In this document: piece after piece, positions 1-14,264 of the stretch
Numbering within the stretch: position 1 is the stretch's first letter
How the letters are laid out: each line of letters opens with the position of its first letter
Origin: the human T2T-CHM13v2.0 reference genome, Homo sapiens
Assembly: GCF_009914755.1 (NCBI RefSeq)
Contig: NC_060942.1
Strand: one strand, 5' to 3'
Length of the DNA: 64,000 nucleotides
Translations under genes and position numbers: made by a program
The notes under the pieces: generated by a model
Database searches by the model: none
What the model saw: only the letters and a program-made list of their open reading frames with translations
Told to the model about the DNA's origin: nothing

Positions 1-397
1 CTTTTTTATTATTCCAAATAGAGATTTACTGTAGAAAATACAATAACTGCCTTCCCCTGTATTTTGGTGTCATGTACTCTTATTTTCTATTTTCAAATGT
101 TGAATATCAAGAGAAGAGGGTGATGCAGAATCAAAAGAGTATGCCTTAGGTGGTGGTTTTGCAATGCTTGGAATAAAAAGAAAATGAGCTACAGTGCTTA
201 ATTCTAATTAAGAAGGGATCCTTAACTTTCCCTCATATAAGAATAATAGGTTTCTGATAATGTAGAATTTTTTGAATCATTGGTGTTTAAAATAGAGAAA
301 ATGTAAGTAGCATTATGACTGTTTTGAATAAAATCATATAATGAAAAAATGTGAATTGGTTAACAGCAAGATGTTAGCAAAAATAGCAAGGAGCCTA

Positions 398-690
398 ATT
401 CATTTATTCATTCAATAAATATGTATTGAGCAGCTACCATATTCACACACTCTTCTAAGTGCTAGCAACACAGCAGTGAAGAAACACACAGGGTTCTTGC
501 CTTGTAAAGGACAGGCATCTAGTAATAAACATTTAAAAGATCAGATATTGGGAGTACCATGAAGAAAAATGCAGAAGAAAAAGGGGTATAAAGGAAAGGC
601 AGGTTAAATATGAAATAGAGTTGTGGGCAAAGGTTTTCTGATGCAGCATGCTTTGTTCAGACTCCTAAAGGATATCAGGCTGATTTGGGA
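398..690 (-). mobile_element. L2 LINE 3' end fragment (ancient)
   Basis: ttcatttattcattcaataaatatgtattgagc...gctagcaacacagcagtgaa resembles the L2 3' terminus in reverse; boundaries approximate. Confidence 0.55.
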
Positions 691-1399
691 AGAGCTTTCT
701 TCATGACCAGAGAGATGTCCCAATTTCTGAATGTCTTGTCTCTGAATAAATCACCTGCTGTTTCTGAAAATGGGATGTTTTCTCTTAAAATAAACAGAAC
801 AAATAGCTGTTGGGCTCCCAGGCTAACTCACAAATCCTAAATAGTTACTAATTTAGCTGAGTTTGTGCTTGTTCCAATAAGCAGTTTGGAGAAGTAGTGA
901 ATAAGAAATACTCACAACACATTCAACACCTGTCCCCAAACATATCCTATATTACAGTGTCTGGGCAGAGGGAGCTCCACTCAAGTGAATTCAAAAACCG
1001 ATTGACACTAAAATCCAAACAAAATTATGTTCCTGATCTGATGAAGAAAACAAGAAAAGAAACTGTCCGTTCTATCTCCCCCATGCTGATGGGCACACTT
1101 TTAATCTTGGGGTCCCTTACATGACATTCCAGGCTGTTTTCAGGAAATGTGCCTGACAGGTGGGGAAAGTCCATAGTCAATCTTTGGAAACGTCACCCTT
1201 GCAGAATGGGTGGGTTGGTGGCAATCTGTGAAAAGCAGCTGCCATGGGTAGCTTGCTTTCTCAAACCCGGCATGTACCCACACATCTAACTCTGTTCATG
1301 GAGTGTCTGCTGCTCTAGGATTTCAAATAGGTGCCACTCTCATCATCCTAATCTATGGCTCCTCTAGTTTCGGTGATCTAGCAGCAATGGGAGCATTTT

Positions 1400-2030
1400 C
1401 ACAGGTGTTTTGCTACCATCCTCTCGACAAAAATGTTGTCTAGGTAAGTACGGTCTCCAATGTACAGATGGCAAAATTAAAACACAGATCAGTAAGTAAG
1501 CAGATGCTCTGCACATAGTGTATTAATTAGAGTTCTCTAGAGGGACAGAACTAATAAGATAGATACATACATACAGGGGAGTTTATTAAGGAGTATTGAC
1601 TCGCACGATCACAAGGTGAGGTCCCGTAATAGACCATCTGTAAGCTGAGGGGCAAGGAAGCCAGTCTGAGTCCCAAAGCTGAAGAACTTGGAGTTCAATG
1701 TTCGAGGGCAGGAAGCACTCAGCACGAGAGAAAGATGTAGATGGGAAGACTAAACCGGTCTAGTCTTTCCACGTTCTTCTGTCTGCTTTTATTCTGGCTG
1801 TGCTGGCAGCTGATTAGATTGTGCCCACCCAGATTAAGGGTGGGTCTGCCTCTTCCAGTTCACTGACTCAAATGTTAATCTCCTTTGACAACACCTTCAC
1901 AGATACATCCAGGAAGGATACTTTGCCTCCTTCAATCCAATCAAGTTGACACTCAGTATTTACCATCACAGACAGTAAATATCAGAGCTGAGATTAAAAT
2001 CCAGGGCCTGATCACTCCAAAGAGCACAGA
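1400..2030 (-). mobile_element. MIR split by an MLT2A LTR insertion
   Basis: MIR core-like ccaatgtacagatggcaaaattaaaacacaga before 1519 continues as cagagctgagattaaaatccaggg...actccaaag after 1970. Confidence 0.5.
1519..1970 (-). mobile_element. MLT2A1/MLT2A2 (HERVL) solo LTR
   Basis: Reverse complement starts tgtgatggtaaatactgagtgtcaacttgattggattgaagg, matching the recalled MLT2A start; TG...CA termini; ~450 bp. Confidence 0.85.
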
Positions 2031-2043
2031 TGAATCTCTCTAT

Positions 2044-2230
2044 CAGTGACTCCCAAATTTAAGTATGCATCAGAGTGACTTGGAGGTCATGTTGAACACA
2101 CAGACTGCTGAGTCCCACCCCAGTGATTCTGATCCCATAGCTTAGGGCTGGGGCCCAAGAATTTGCTGTTCTAAGCAAATTCAAGTGATACTGGTGCCTC
2201 TGGTCCAGGAGCCTCATTTTCAGAACATCG
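2044..2230. mobile_element. MER5A-like hAT-Charlie MITE
   Basis: cagtgactcccaaatttaagtatgcatcagagtgacttggagg...ggggcccaagaatttgc...; ~190 bp. Confidence 0.7.
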
Positions 2231-2929
2231 ACGCATCCCACACTGACCCAGAGAATTTAGTTTGCTTTTAGAAATTTTGAAAGTTGGACTTTGAAATTAT
2301 CACTTTTATTTTTTAATTTTAAAGTTTTTATTAACCTAGGGTTACTTTGCTATTGTGAGTTAATAATAAAAAAGACAGTGGCTCTGGGAACCATTTTTAT
2401 TCTTTGAGGATTCTGCCATGAGGTGGAGTTGAAGCGACTAAATGTTCCACTGTTGGAAAGCAGCAATTACTTCTTCTAGAATTACAGCATCAAGGGAGTT
2501 AAGCAGTTCTGTCGCACCAAATACTAGGGGCAACAGCAGCTTGTAGAGTGTACTGAACTCTCAGGAGCAGCTTCACATAATCAGCATTATCAAGTCACTC
2601 TTGGGTAGCTCTTTCTACATAACCCGTTTTGATCTGGTGAATCCGGAATACTGATCTGGCAGCCAGCCAGGGCATAGACATTACAAAGCACTTAAGGATC
2701 TTAGAAGATACATTGCCAAATACTTTTTATAAGTGACTTACGACTGTTGAAGTTAAGTGAAAATGAAAAGGAGAACAAGTCTCTTGGGTCTTTTTCTCTA
2801 AAACACCATTTGCTGAAATGTCCCATCAGCAGATATGAATTGTTCCTGAGAAGCTGGAAGGATTCAACAAGGCGTACCCTGCAAAGATGTAGGCATCAAA
2901 GACATTTGTAATTTAACCATTAAGAGTCA

Positions 2930-3231
2930 GGCAGGTGCGATGGCTCATGCCTCTAATCCCAGCACTTTGGGAGGCCGAGGCAGGTGGATCATGGGGTTAG
3001 GAGTTTGAGACCAGCCTGATCAACAGAGTGAAACCCCATCTCTACTAAAAATACAAAAATTAGCTGGGCATGGTGTTGGATGCCTGTAATCCCAGCTAAT
3101 CAGGAGGCTGAGGCTGAAAAATCGCTTGAACCTGGGAGCCAGAGGTTGCAGTGAGTGGAGATTGCGCTACTGCACTCCAGCCTGGGCGACAGAGTGAGAC
3201 TCCATCTCAGAAAAAAAACCAAAAAACAAAA
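2930..3231 (+). mobile_element. AluS (Sg-like)
   Basis: Full dimer with A tail; TSD-like agagtca on both sides. Confidence 0.95.
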
Positions 3232-4244
3232 TAGAGTCAATTCCTCATACTCTGTAGCTTAAGTAACTCGTATTAGTAACTCATGAGCAATGGATTTCTC
3301 CTAATACCCTCTGGGTGGTTAGTTGCAACCTTTTCTTGGACAGCACTAAATCTGAGGGTATCTTCAGTGTGACGGGAAGGAGGCAGGAAGAAAGCACTCT
3401 AAGTTTTGGAGAGAAATTGGGCTTTTCGTGAAGTGCTAGAGCATCAGCCCTGGCCATGGCCATGGTTCCTAAGATGCGGAAAAGTGCTTATTTTCCCAAC
3501 TGTCTCAAATGTTGGTTTTCAAATATTTTGCTAATTTCTTTGGTAACCTAAATATTTTCCCTCACATTTAAATTTGCATCTTATGTTTCTTATCACAAGT
3601 TAAAATAGCTGTAAAGGGCAAATTTTGCAATGTTACATATTGACATTATGAACCACAATTATTTTATCTTATTGACATATATGCCATAGATAATAAATGC
3701 CAATGTCATTCAATACCATTTTATTTCCAATACCAGAGTCCTTGTAAAATTTACAGAAAAAAATCTCTTCTTCAGCAGTCAGAAAGTTTACATTGTTGCA
3801 TTTTCCTTTTTGAATTCCTAATGGCATTTTATCTTCCCCACAATATCACATCATAATATAATATGCTTTTATTTTTGAAAATATTTTACTGACCATCTAT
3901 AATGTTTCTTTGCAAATAGATGTATATATGTATGTTATGCATATATATATGATTTAAAATATTCTTGTGATCTTACATTGCTGTGAAATTTTTCTGCCCA
4001 ATGGTATTACAGTATCACCATTATTATTCTATAAGGATAACCAAAATATCATTATTATTATTATTGGTATAAAGATAAAATGCTTAGTAAATACTTAAGC
4101 ATAAAGAGCAAAATTTCATTGGAAATGCACCTTTTAATAAGATGGGAGGGATACACATGTACCTTAAGCAAAGGATTTTTTTCGGTTGGAAAATAAAAGT
4201 CTAGCACTCCAGTGAGGTTTACTCCCTGGGACAATGGCCATAAC

Positions 4245-4425
4245 AAGACTCAGGAGAGCTTCACCAATTACTAGCTGTGTAATTTTGGACAAGTTAATTG
4301 ATATCTCTGTGTTTAAGCTTCTTTATCTGCAATATAGAAATGGAAATAGTGCCTATCTTATGAATCATGAAAAGTACTTAAAAGAATGCCTAGTATATAT
4401 CGTAAGTGTGACACAAGTTTTAGCT
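4245..4425 (+). mobile_element. MIR fragment
   Basis: ttactagctgtgtaattttggacaagttaattgatatctctgtg...ctttatctgcaatat matches the MIR core. Confidence 0.65.
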
Positions 4426-5217
4426 ACTATGATTAATGCTATTATGAAACTTTTACCAAAACCTCACCTGCCTCTGGCCCTGTCTTGTCCCCTTTGCTTG
4501 GGTAATTACTACTCTTCACTATTATTTCTTAAAGTTAATTTTTATTTGGGAAGCATTCTCTTACTTATATCCTCTGAAGCCTTTATTCTCCATTCCACGG
4601 CATTGATCACAGCTTTGTAATGCCATGATTAAGAAATACTTTCTTCCATATGAACTGTGTCTTGGGAACATTTGCAGCCCCTCTACCTACAGGAAGGAAA
4701 CTCTCCATATAAATTATTTACATGTATTTAAATGATATGTCCACAAGAACAGTTGACATTAAATTAGTATTAAGAAAGCAGCATGTTCTCTTTTGGTGTT
4801 ACGTCTAGTTAAAGAATCATCATATAACTCTTAATGTATTATGTGGCATTCTTAAAAAGAATGATGGATTCAGTGGCTTTGGACACATAGGTTTCTACAA
4901 GGTGATGATACTTCAGGAAGAAACAAAGACACCCACTCTTTTGCATTTTCCTGGGAGCTGACCTCGTTTCTCATGAGTCATGGGTTAGCCTTCCACCCTA
5001 TTTTCTACTTCTATCTAGAAGTCAACTTAAGGATTGTGGCCAGTGGCAGGTAACCTGGACTGAAAGAACTCTCACATTCCAACTGAGTAAGAAATGACTT
5101 AAAAAAAAATCAGAAGAACATTTCCAATGTCAACCATCATTCTATAGTGATATCACCATCAAGGCAGATCCAAGAGGACTTTGCTATGGGGTTAGGGCAG
5201 AGAGAGCTGAGCAATGA

Positions 5218-5516
5218 TTTTTTTTTTTTTTTTTTGAGACAGAGTCTTGCTCTGTTGCCCAGGCTGGAGTGCATTGGCGCTATCTTGGCTCACTGCAAAC
5301 TCCACCTCCCAGGTCCACGCCATTCTCCTGCCTCAGCCTCCTGAGTAGCTGGGACTACAGGTGACCACCACCACGCCTGGCTAATTTTTTGTATTTTTAG
5401 TAGAGACAGGGTTTCACCGTGTTAGCCAGGATGGTCTCAATCTCCTGACCTCGTGATCCACCCGCCTCGGCCTCCCAAAGTGCTGGGATTACAGGAGTGA
5501 GACACCGCGCCTGGCC
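5218..5516 (-). mobile_element. AluY
   Basis: Y diagnostics (cacgccattctcc; gttagccaggatggtctc; gacctcgtgatcc); TSD t(g/a)agcaatgatttt at 5208 and 5517. Confidence 0.95.
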
Positions 5517-7406
5517 TAAGCAATGATTTTAAGTTGGGTTCCATGATGTAGCAGCCAAAATTAGCCCTGATAAAAGCTCCTTTATAGCCAACTGAAATCT
5601 ACATCTCAGAGAAACTATCCATACAACTTCCCAATAGGTTAAGCTGAATCTTCTTTTTCATTATTAATATCTTTTAAATTTCTGACTATTATGAGTTCTA
5701 AAACACTACTGATATTTTGATTAGAAAACGTGATGGCTTACTCAGAATACTTCAACAAGAATTTCAAGATAGTTGGATATAAGTTTTAGTTGGACAAATA
5801 AAAAGTCTTAGCATATATTCAAGACTGTATATAGCATATTTAATCAAGAGTCCTTGTTGAATATTATTGTGTAAACTTAAGGAATTCCACACCTCTTCAA
5901 TTTCAGCTTAAAATATTTCAACTTCAAAGAATAATCATGTTAACTTCTCAGAAGTAGGATGATGTGGCTAGTTTTCTGTTATAATTGATCATGAATTATT
6001 TTGAATTGTAAACTTCCATATGGATATACATTTTGTATTAAAAAGTGACATAGTTGAAGTTGCCAATTTGCTTGGAGTTCCCCCTAAATTATATTCAACA
6101 TAAATAAATAAACCCATCAATATATAAGTGTAAGAAATGTAAAATGGACTCCACAAATCACTAAAATTAAACTTCTATGAGCTAATGATACTCACTTAAG
6201 TGGTTTCAGAACTTGCTAAGACTGAAAAATACTGCTGAAGTCTTCTCAAATCTATGGGAAAAAGAAATAGATTTTTGTTTTGGATAATCAAATGTGTCAA
6301 AGCAATGGAAAATTCTCACTAATTTTATAATGGAAGCAAAGCACACAAAAATGAATTTCCTGTTTTCTTTCATGACAATTTGGCCCAGTGTCCCCGTGTA
6401 TACTGTGGGTACCTACTCAGAAGTTTATAGGAGCATCGGCTCTCTGTACGTTACCTAATATCAAATTAAATTTAGTGTATATGAAGAATGTTATTTTATT
6501 CTCTGTGTATGCAATCTCTCTCTCACACACACACACTTACACACACACCAATTTTTATTGAGAATGTGAAATCCCTAGACAAAAGATTGAGGCAATAGTT
6601 TTCTAGAAATATTCAGGATAAAAGAAGGAAGGTAAAATATTTTTAGTTAAAAGTCCCTAAAATTATACAGGGTGTTACCATTCATTCTGTGAGAACCTAT
6701 AATACAAAAATTAAGCAAAGAAAAAAATTTCTACTCTTCTTCTGGCATTGTAGAAATTAACTATTTGTTTGGTTTATCCACTAAACAGTAGTCAGAGCAG
6801 ACCTACACAGTACAACTTTTCACCTATTGGGCCAAGCCAAGAACTTGCTCGTTTTCACTCTCATGGTTGTATCATTCAATGTCAGGCCAAAAAACTGATA
6901 CGGAAAAACAACACTTTATTTATATGATGAGAAGTCAGGAATAATGGACAGCAAAGTGATACAACTACAAGCTGAAGTTACTGAATATCTATTAAAATTC
7001 GTTTATGAGCATAAGCCCAGGAAATAAGAAATCTGGTAATACTCTAACATTCACAGCATTTTAATCTTTATATTCTACACTACTCAGTGTTGTCGATGGT
7101 TAATACGTTTAATACTTGAAATTATAACTTCAAAGAACATTAAAAACCTATAGCCCTCTAAAAACCATTGTTTATGTGTGGTAAATAAGATACAGAACGA
7201 CCTATCAAGAGTCAGAGGTCCCAGCACGAGCATGTTGGACATAAGGAAGTCCAGCCTTGCGCAGAGAGGAGGGACCTTCACGCCCTGCATTCCCTGCCGG
7301 GAGCCTAGGACAGAAGACAGCTGTGAGGGGAGGAAGGAGAGGCACCCGGGAAGAAGTGTCCCATGCTCTTTCACTATTGTCTTTGGTAAATGTTAGAAAT
7401 TCATTA

Positions 7407-7715
<309 letters not shown>

Positions 7716-8439
7716 AGAAATTCATTACAGACATAATATCCATGACTTGTAGATTGAAATCTTTCAATAAATTATCTTTGACAAAGTGTAAGGAAACACC
7801 TACCCAATCAAGTATTTCTTTTAAGTCCTTAAAAAGTTTATATTATTTAAAATGTAAAGATATAATATAGAAATAATTACTTTAAATTTTATTAAAAGTA
7901 TCTTTAACATTAGTCATTTTATTAATTGGAAACAATAAATAGTAAAGACTCTACATCCTGCAGAAAACTTCTCAATGTCATTAAAATATAAGTCACATGT
8001 AATTTCCTACATAGGGTAGGGTATATGGAATAGAATAAGAAATGATGTTCAGTTTATTGATTATAAATTACTTAGCAATCACTGAATCTGAAACTTGATC
8101 TTTTTTGTAGTAATTTTAGTTTAGATTTCTTTAAGTGCTAATTCAGCACAATAATACAAAATTTCATTTTAATGTTAATGAGTCACACATTTTGAAGGCT
8201 TTAATTTCAGGAGTATTATCACAAGAGCAAGTGCAATGTGAACTAGCTTGTGCCTCACGTCTCTGGTGTATTTTAGATTTTTCCAGTTTTTTTTTCTGTA
8301 GATTCTATAGGCTTTTCTATGTTTACATGAACTTCATAGCTATTTTCATTTTATTTATTATCCTTTTTCTTTCCTAAGATATGAATATACTCAAAACATT
8401 TTAAAGACATCACTAAATATTTTTTATTTAAAGAATAAT

Positions 8440-8765
8440 TCCTTTCCAGGGACATGGATGAAGCTGGAAACCATCATTCTGGGCAAACTAACACAAGAAC
8501 AGAAAACCAAACACCGCATGTTCTCACTCATAAGTGGGAGCTGAACAATGAGAACACATGGACACAGGGAGGGGAACCTCACACACTGTGGGGCCTGTTG
8601 GGGGGTGGGGGGCATGGGGAGGGAAAACATTAGGAGAAATACCTAATGTAGATGACGGGTTGGTGGGTGCAGCAAACCACCACGGCACGTGTATACCTAT
8701 GTGATAAACCTGCACGTTCTGCACATGTATCCCAAAATTTAAAGTATATTAAAAAAAAAAAAAAA
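8440..8765 (+). mobile_element. 5'-truncated L1PA (about PA7 age) 3' end
   Basis: ORF2 C-terminal coding sequence plus 3'UTR plus polyA; short TSD-like aaagaat. Confidence 0.9.
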
Positions 8766-10417
8766 GAATTGAGTGTAAAGACGGAAACTTTGTGTGTTAA
8801 AAAACAAGTTTAAATAAAGTAAGTACTGAAATTTGTAGAAGAGAGAATTCTAAAGGATACATTGATGTGTATATAAAATTAAAGAGAAGGATAAGGAAAA
8901 TAAGTGTAGTAAGTATATACTAATGTCCAAAAAAACTAAATGTATTAGATATTGGCATGGGTTGCATATATGTACATACACTTAAAGCTGATTACTGGAA
9001 GTTTTTATGCAAGTGAAAAATATTATTTGTAACTTCTCAAGGCTCTGAGAATTAAAGTAGAAATTCAAATCATTTCTGGAAACCTAAACAAATCATGATA
9101 TCTCTACCAAGAGTCAAAATTTGAAAGATAGAATTAGTGGGAAAGCTTATTGTTTCACACAATAGGTTCTCAATAATGGCATGCGGAAATAAGTAGAATT
9201 AGTTTTATATAGTTGCATTTAGCAGAATAAAGATGACTATGGTTATCTTACAGAGAGATTATTGCCCCAAAGAAGATACATGTTTATAATCTTTCAGTAC
9301 TCTTTTCTTAACAAATTACAGAATTATAACTTGAGTAGATATTCAGTTCCCACCAAAAAAAGGAAATTCAGTGGCTATTTTGAAAATAAAACGTCTAGGA
9401 CTGGCACTTGTCTTAAACATTAAAACTGAAACCAAAAACTGTAATATTGGATTAAACAAAAGCCAAATATACTACTTAAAATGAATATACTGTAAACTGC
9501 ACATGAAGATAATTAATAAACAGGGAAATAAGGCCAAAACGATAAAAAAGGGCAAATGTTATGATAATATCAAAAATTTCCTTAAGTAATGAAAAAATTA
9601 AAATCTATCAGGAAGAGGTAGTCACCTGAAATATAGCTTTAGTAAATTAAAAATAAAAACAGAATTATATGTGGATTATTGATCAATCTATAGTAACAGC
9701 TTGAAATTTTGTCATATCTTCAGGATTTGATTAATTAAGCAGAGAAAAATATTAAAAAGGATACAGAAGATGACACCATCCAAAATAATTTTACCTAATT
9801 GATCTACTTTAATATGCAATAACATACACTCATGGAACATACAACACTTTTTTTTAGTAACCACAAAATATTTATAATGGTGCATGTACTGAGATACCAA
9901 GGCAACTTTAAATATTTTAAGATAAACAATAAAATTTAACATAAACAGATAAAATAAACTAGAACTCTTTTAATTGCCTGAAAGAGCATCTCGAATATTG
10001 ATTCATAATAGCTACTACAAAGCAAAAAGATAAGTTGTAGAATGAATAATATGGAGAACAGGGCCTTCTAAACCTAGTTAGCTCATTTCCTCCTGTCTGA
10101 ACCTGGGTGCCCCTGAAAGTGGAACTTGAGACAAGAAAGTAATATTAGGGAGCAGAGTAGAGGTTTAGAAGAGGGAAAAAGGCAGGAAACCTAGCACAAG
10201 AGTAAATTACCTAACTACTTACCACGTAGAAAAATAGAGCTTGATTCTGAAAAAGTCTTCTGAAGATCCACATACAATTTATATCAGAAGTTTCAGTTAT
10301 TAGGAAAAAATTAAAAGTATCAATTGCCTTCTGTCCTTCATAAGTCACTTGCTTGTGACTCCAGATGCTAGCAGAGTTCAGCAGGCATCTGGGGCCGCAG
10401 TATCATAGACTCTGAGC

Positions 10418-11573
10418 AGAGATGAATCCATGGTAGGTCTTAAGACTGTCATCTTCATTTGTTGAAGAGTCATCTACATCATTTAAGGCAACTTTTCTCT
10501 GGATGTTTTTAAGATTCCTTCTTTGTTTTACATTTTAACATTCTATAACGTACTTTTGTGGGTTTTTTTTTCTGTATTTACTCTGTTAGAGGTTACAGAG
10601 CTTTGCAAATATTTTCATTGAGAGTTTTAATACTTTTGAGGTGTATGTCACCTATTACATCTTCAAATGTTGCTTCTATCCCATTTTTGCTTTCCCTTCT
10701 TTTTCTCAGACTGTAATCACAGTTATGTTAGACCTTTCCATATATTTATCTCTTCCATTTGTTTCTGTATGTTTCCTGCTTTTATCTCCATACCTTGATG
10801 TGTAAATTTTCTTCTGATCTAGCTTTAGTGTACTATTGCTCTCTTTAGGTGTGTCTAAACTAATGTTAAAGTGATGTACTGACATATTTCTGTTTTATTT
10901 TTCACTTGTAGAATTCCACTTGATTATTTTGTACTGTGTTTTATTCTTTCAAAATATTCGATATTACTCAGAGTTACTTTGAAGTTCTTGTTGGTTAACT
11001 GCAATATTGTGAAGTCCTGTGGCTCTATTTTTCCTCTTATTTTTAATCTTTTGAATTCGGTCAATGCCTATCTTTTTAATGCATACCCTTTTCTGATTAA
11101 ATGACAAGCTGTGTCTGAAAAATTATGAAGACAATTGAAGAATCTGGATGATGTTGTTTTCTGCAAGAGAGGACTTATACTTCCAGCAGTCAGTTAGGAT
11201 AAGGGCAGGTAATTTTGCTCCAAGTAAAGATTGAGCTACTTGAACCTGGCCTCAGTTTTTATGAGAACGGGCTTATCCGGGTTTGTTTCTGTTCCTACTG
11301 TGGTGATTATTTTATCTGAACTAAAAGCCTGATTTGTTTAGTGAAGCAGATTTTCTTGCAGAATCCTGAATTCAATTCCATTTCTACTTCTACCTCTATA
11401 ATCTCTAACAAAATAAAAACAGAAATCTACAAAAGCACCTCATAGTACAACTGTGAAAATGTAAGACAAAGAAGGAATCTTAACAACAACCAGAGAAATG
11501 TTGAATTAATGATGTAGATGACTCCTCAACAAATGAAGATGACAGTCTGAAGACCTACCATGGATGCATCTCT
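10418..11573. repeat. Inverted repeat, arms 10418-10600 and 11394-11573
   Basis: Outer 66 bp match 63/66 as reverse complements; inner ~115 bp align with more mismatches and indels. Confidence 0.9.
10440..11390 (-). mobile_element. Ancient L1M fragment
   Basis: T-rich degenerate sequence typical of an antisense old L1 (tttttaagattccttctttg...); boundaries approximate. Confidence 0.4.
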
Positions 11574-13720
11574 TTGACACTGCAGAAAGCTCTACTCACA
11601 ATTCCAGCTGCTTGTTAGGATGGGCAAATGCCCCAAAGACCAACATGTTGCCAAGGTCAGGACGCCCCTCTGTGGACTTCCTTCCCTCCATAACGATGGG
11701 TCCTATTGTCATGGTCACTTTGTTGGTGTGCTGATGCCTATAAATAGATTTTTGAAATTGCTTTTATAGCTCTTCTAGCTGTTGTTAGTGGGACAGTTGA
11801 TCTTCTAGAATTAAACATAAAATTTAAAAATATTTGTTTTATAAAAAACAATCAAAATAGGTCAATTAACCACTATTCTTATTCCTTTTCAGTAAACTCA
11901 CATTTGTGTTAGAATGTGTAAGTAATAAAATGGAAGAATAATAATCCAGGATAAAAAGGTATTCAATCCTCATTTGACTGACAAATACATTTCAGAAGTG
12001 TTGAGTAGAATTTTGATCAATGTGCTTCGGGAATTTATCGGTGCTCAACTACTGAGTACTGATGCATGAAGAAGAATGCCAAGTACTTTAAATATTGTTT
12101 TCAATTAGCATGAGAAAAATAGGAATTGATAATCATGTCCAGAACAATATATCCCAGATCACATAATACATGTTAGTCTGGCAACATTTTGGAGACCATG
12201 CAATGCAAATTAGCTATCACATAGTGAAATAAGAGAAAATAAAAATAACTTGTTTTTAGGAAATCAAATAAATTAGAGCAATGACATTCTTTATTGAAAC
12301 TGTGCACACATAAAAATAAGTAAGAATTTGGAAGATATGAATTCACTAAGCACATTTCTGATGCGTGATTGCTTTAATAATAAATTATTTTTTCTTAGTA
12401 AAAGGCAGGTCTCTTTTATATGTACAATTGCTTGGTACATGTGAATGATTGCTTAAATGGTGCCAATTACTTGACCCAGTGAATATGAAAAGAGGAAGCT
12501 TAAATTATTGGCCTCATAATAATTTTTATATAATAGGAAATTACGTATAAATTAACAAATGAGTCCAAAAGCTAAAACCATAAGATTCCCCCCCCCGCAA
12601 TCCCACCCCTTGTCCGCTCACATTACTCTTCTAAGAGATTGGCATACTTCTCTAGACGCACTCTTGTTCTCAAAGTGGACTGATCCACATTTGTACCCTC
12701 CTGTCCTCTGTCCTGTGGTCAAAGACTCACGTGTCCCTTGGAATGTGTGGTAAAAGAGTTAGGACTAAAAGCCTACTCCAAAATATGGTCTGAGTTTTAC
12801 TAATTTGATGCTGAGTAAATGAAAAAATATGTCAGAGTTTTCCATTTAAGAAACTTATCAGCTGAAATGCAAATAAAATGTATGTGACATACAATTTAAA
12901 ACAACAAAACATTTATAAGGCACATGATAGTATGGGGTGGGTTTAGAGAAATTATATTATTCAGTACTTGGTACCTTTTAGCTGACAATGAGGTTATAGA
13001 GACAAATTATAACTAACTTAAAGCTTTTGTGAATTCTTTTACAATGTGGTATTTCATTTCTCAATCACCCTATAGTCAAAGTTCAAATTTGTAGATTACA
13101 GTTAAATAAGTCCTTATTTGAAGTCAGAGTAGTACTTCTTTTGAGTTAAAGGGGTTTTTAGTTCAGTTGTGAAGTTGAACATCACCTACAATGTAAGTTA
13201 AGAGATGGAGTGAGCAAAATAAAAGCCTAGAAATTGCATGCATACTAAAAGATATCTTGAAAACAAATCACATGTCAGTCCATGTGCTCATATTATTTAA
13301 AAATATTTTTTTCTAGCAGATCAATTGCTCATAGACTTGTAAAACAACAAATTGATATATAAAAGAAGACATTTATGGGCATTATTTTTTTTTAAGGACA
13401 GATTTCTAAGCTGGGCCCTAACCATGCCTCCTATTGATTATTTTGTACATAACTCATTTTTGGAGAAATCACTTTAATTATGTTTTTATTTTTCTGGATA
13501 AATTTTATTTCCTGTCCTCAGGGCCTCCACCAGTTTCCAGTTGAGCATGTACATAACAACGACCATGGCTGTACCACATATGTAAAATAGGTGCATAGAG
13601 AAAGGTACCCACAAACGTGAATAATTTTAGCAACTTTGGTTAACATTATAGCAACAAACTCCAATAATAAGCTTTTGTTGCAGAAATCCTGAAGTTTTAT
13701 ATAGATGACTTAAAATTCCA

Positions 13721-14264
13721 TGTGTCAAGGGGTCTCCAAGACTACCCCCATACTGCATGATTCATTAGGAGGTCTCGGAACTCACACGCTCAACTCTTGG
13801 TTATAAGTGATTACCATGAAAGAACACAACGCAAAGTCAGCAAAGGGCAAAAATGCATGGAATGAAGTCGGAGGGAACCAATTGCAGGTATCCAAGAATC
13901 CTCTCGCAGTGGAGTCACGCAAGATGCACTTAATCCCTCAGGGCCATGCTGAGGGACAGCACATGAGAAATGTCTTCAGGTGATGCTCATTAGGATTCAG
14001 TCCCCAGGTTTTATAGGGCTGGTTGCTTAGCCATCCTGTGTGTACTACATGCCATAATTCTAGACTCTCAGAAGAAAAGCAGTTTGAGGAGAAGCCATAT
14101 TGCTTGCATAAACAGTTTAGGGACAGTGAGTCACCCTTATCAAGGAATCATGGGAATTGTCCTAAAATCCGAGTTCCCAGACATCACCCAAGGGTCGAAC
14201 TTGTTGGCAGGATTTTTTAAGTGAGAGCAGCCTCAGGCCTGCTCTGTCAACGTTCTTCTGCATG
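13721..14264. mobile_element. MER77/MER21-like ERVL LTR
   Basis: ggggtctccaagactaccccc...aaagtcagcaaagggcaaaaatgcatgg...cagtggagtcac...ctcaggcctgct matches recalled MER21/77 family text. Confidence 0.7.

Noticed and set aside
4234-4620. 128-aa ORF
   Set aside because: Overlaps a MIR, AT-rich, no protein features
7200-7370. Short GC-richer unique patch
   Set aside because: Too short for a CpG island; no convincing splice pair or motif
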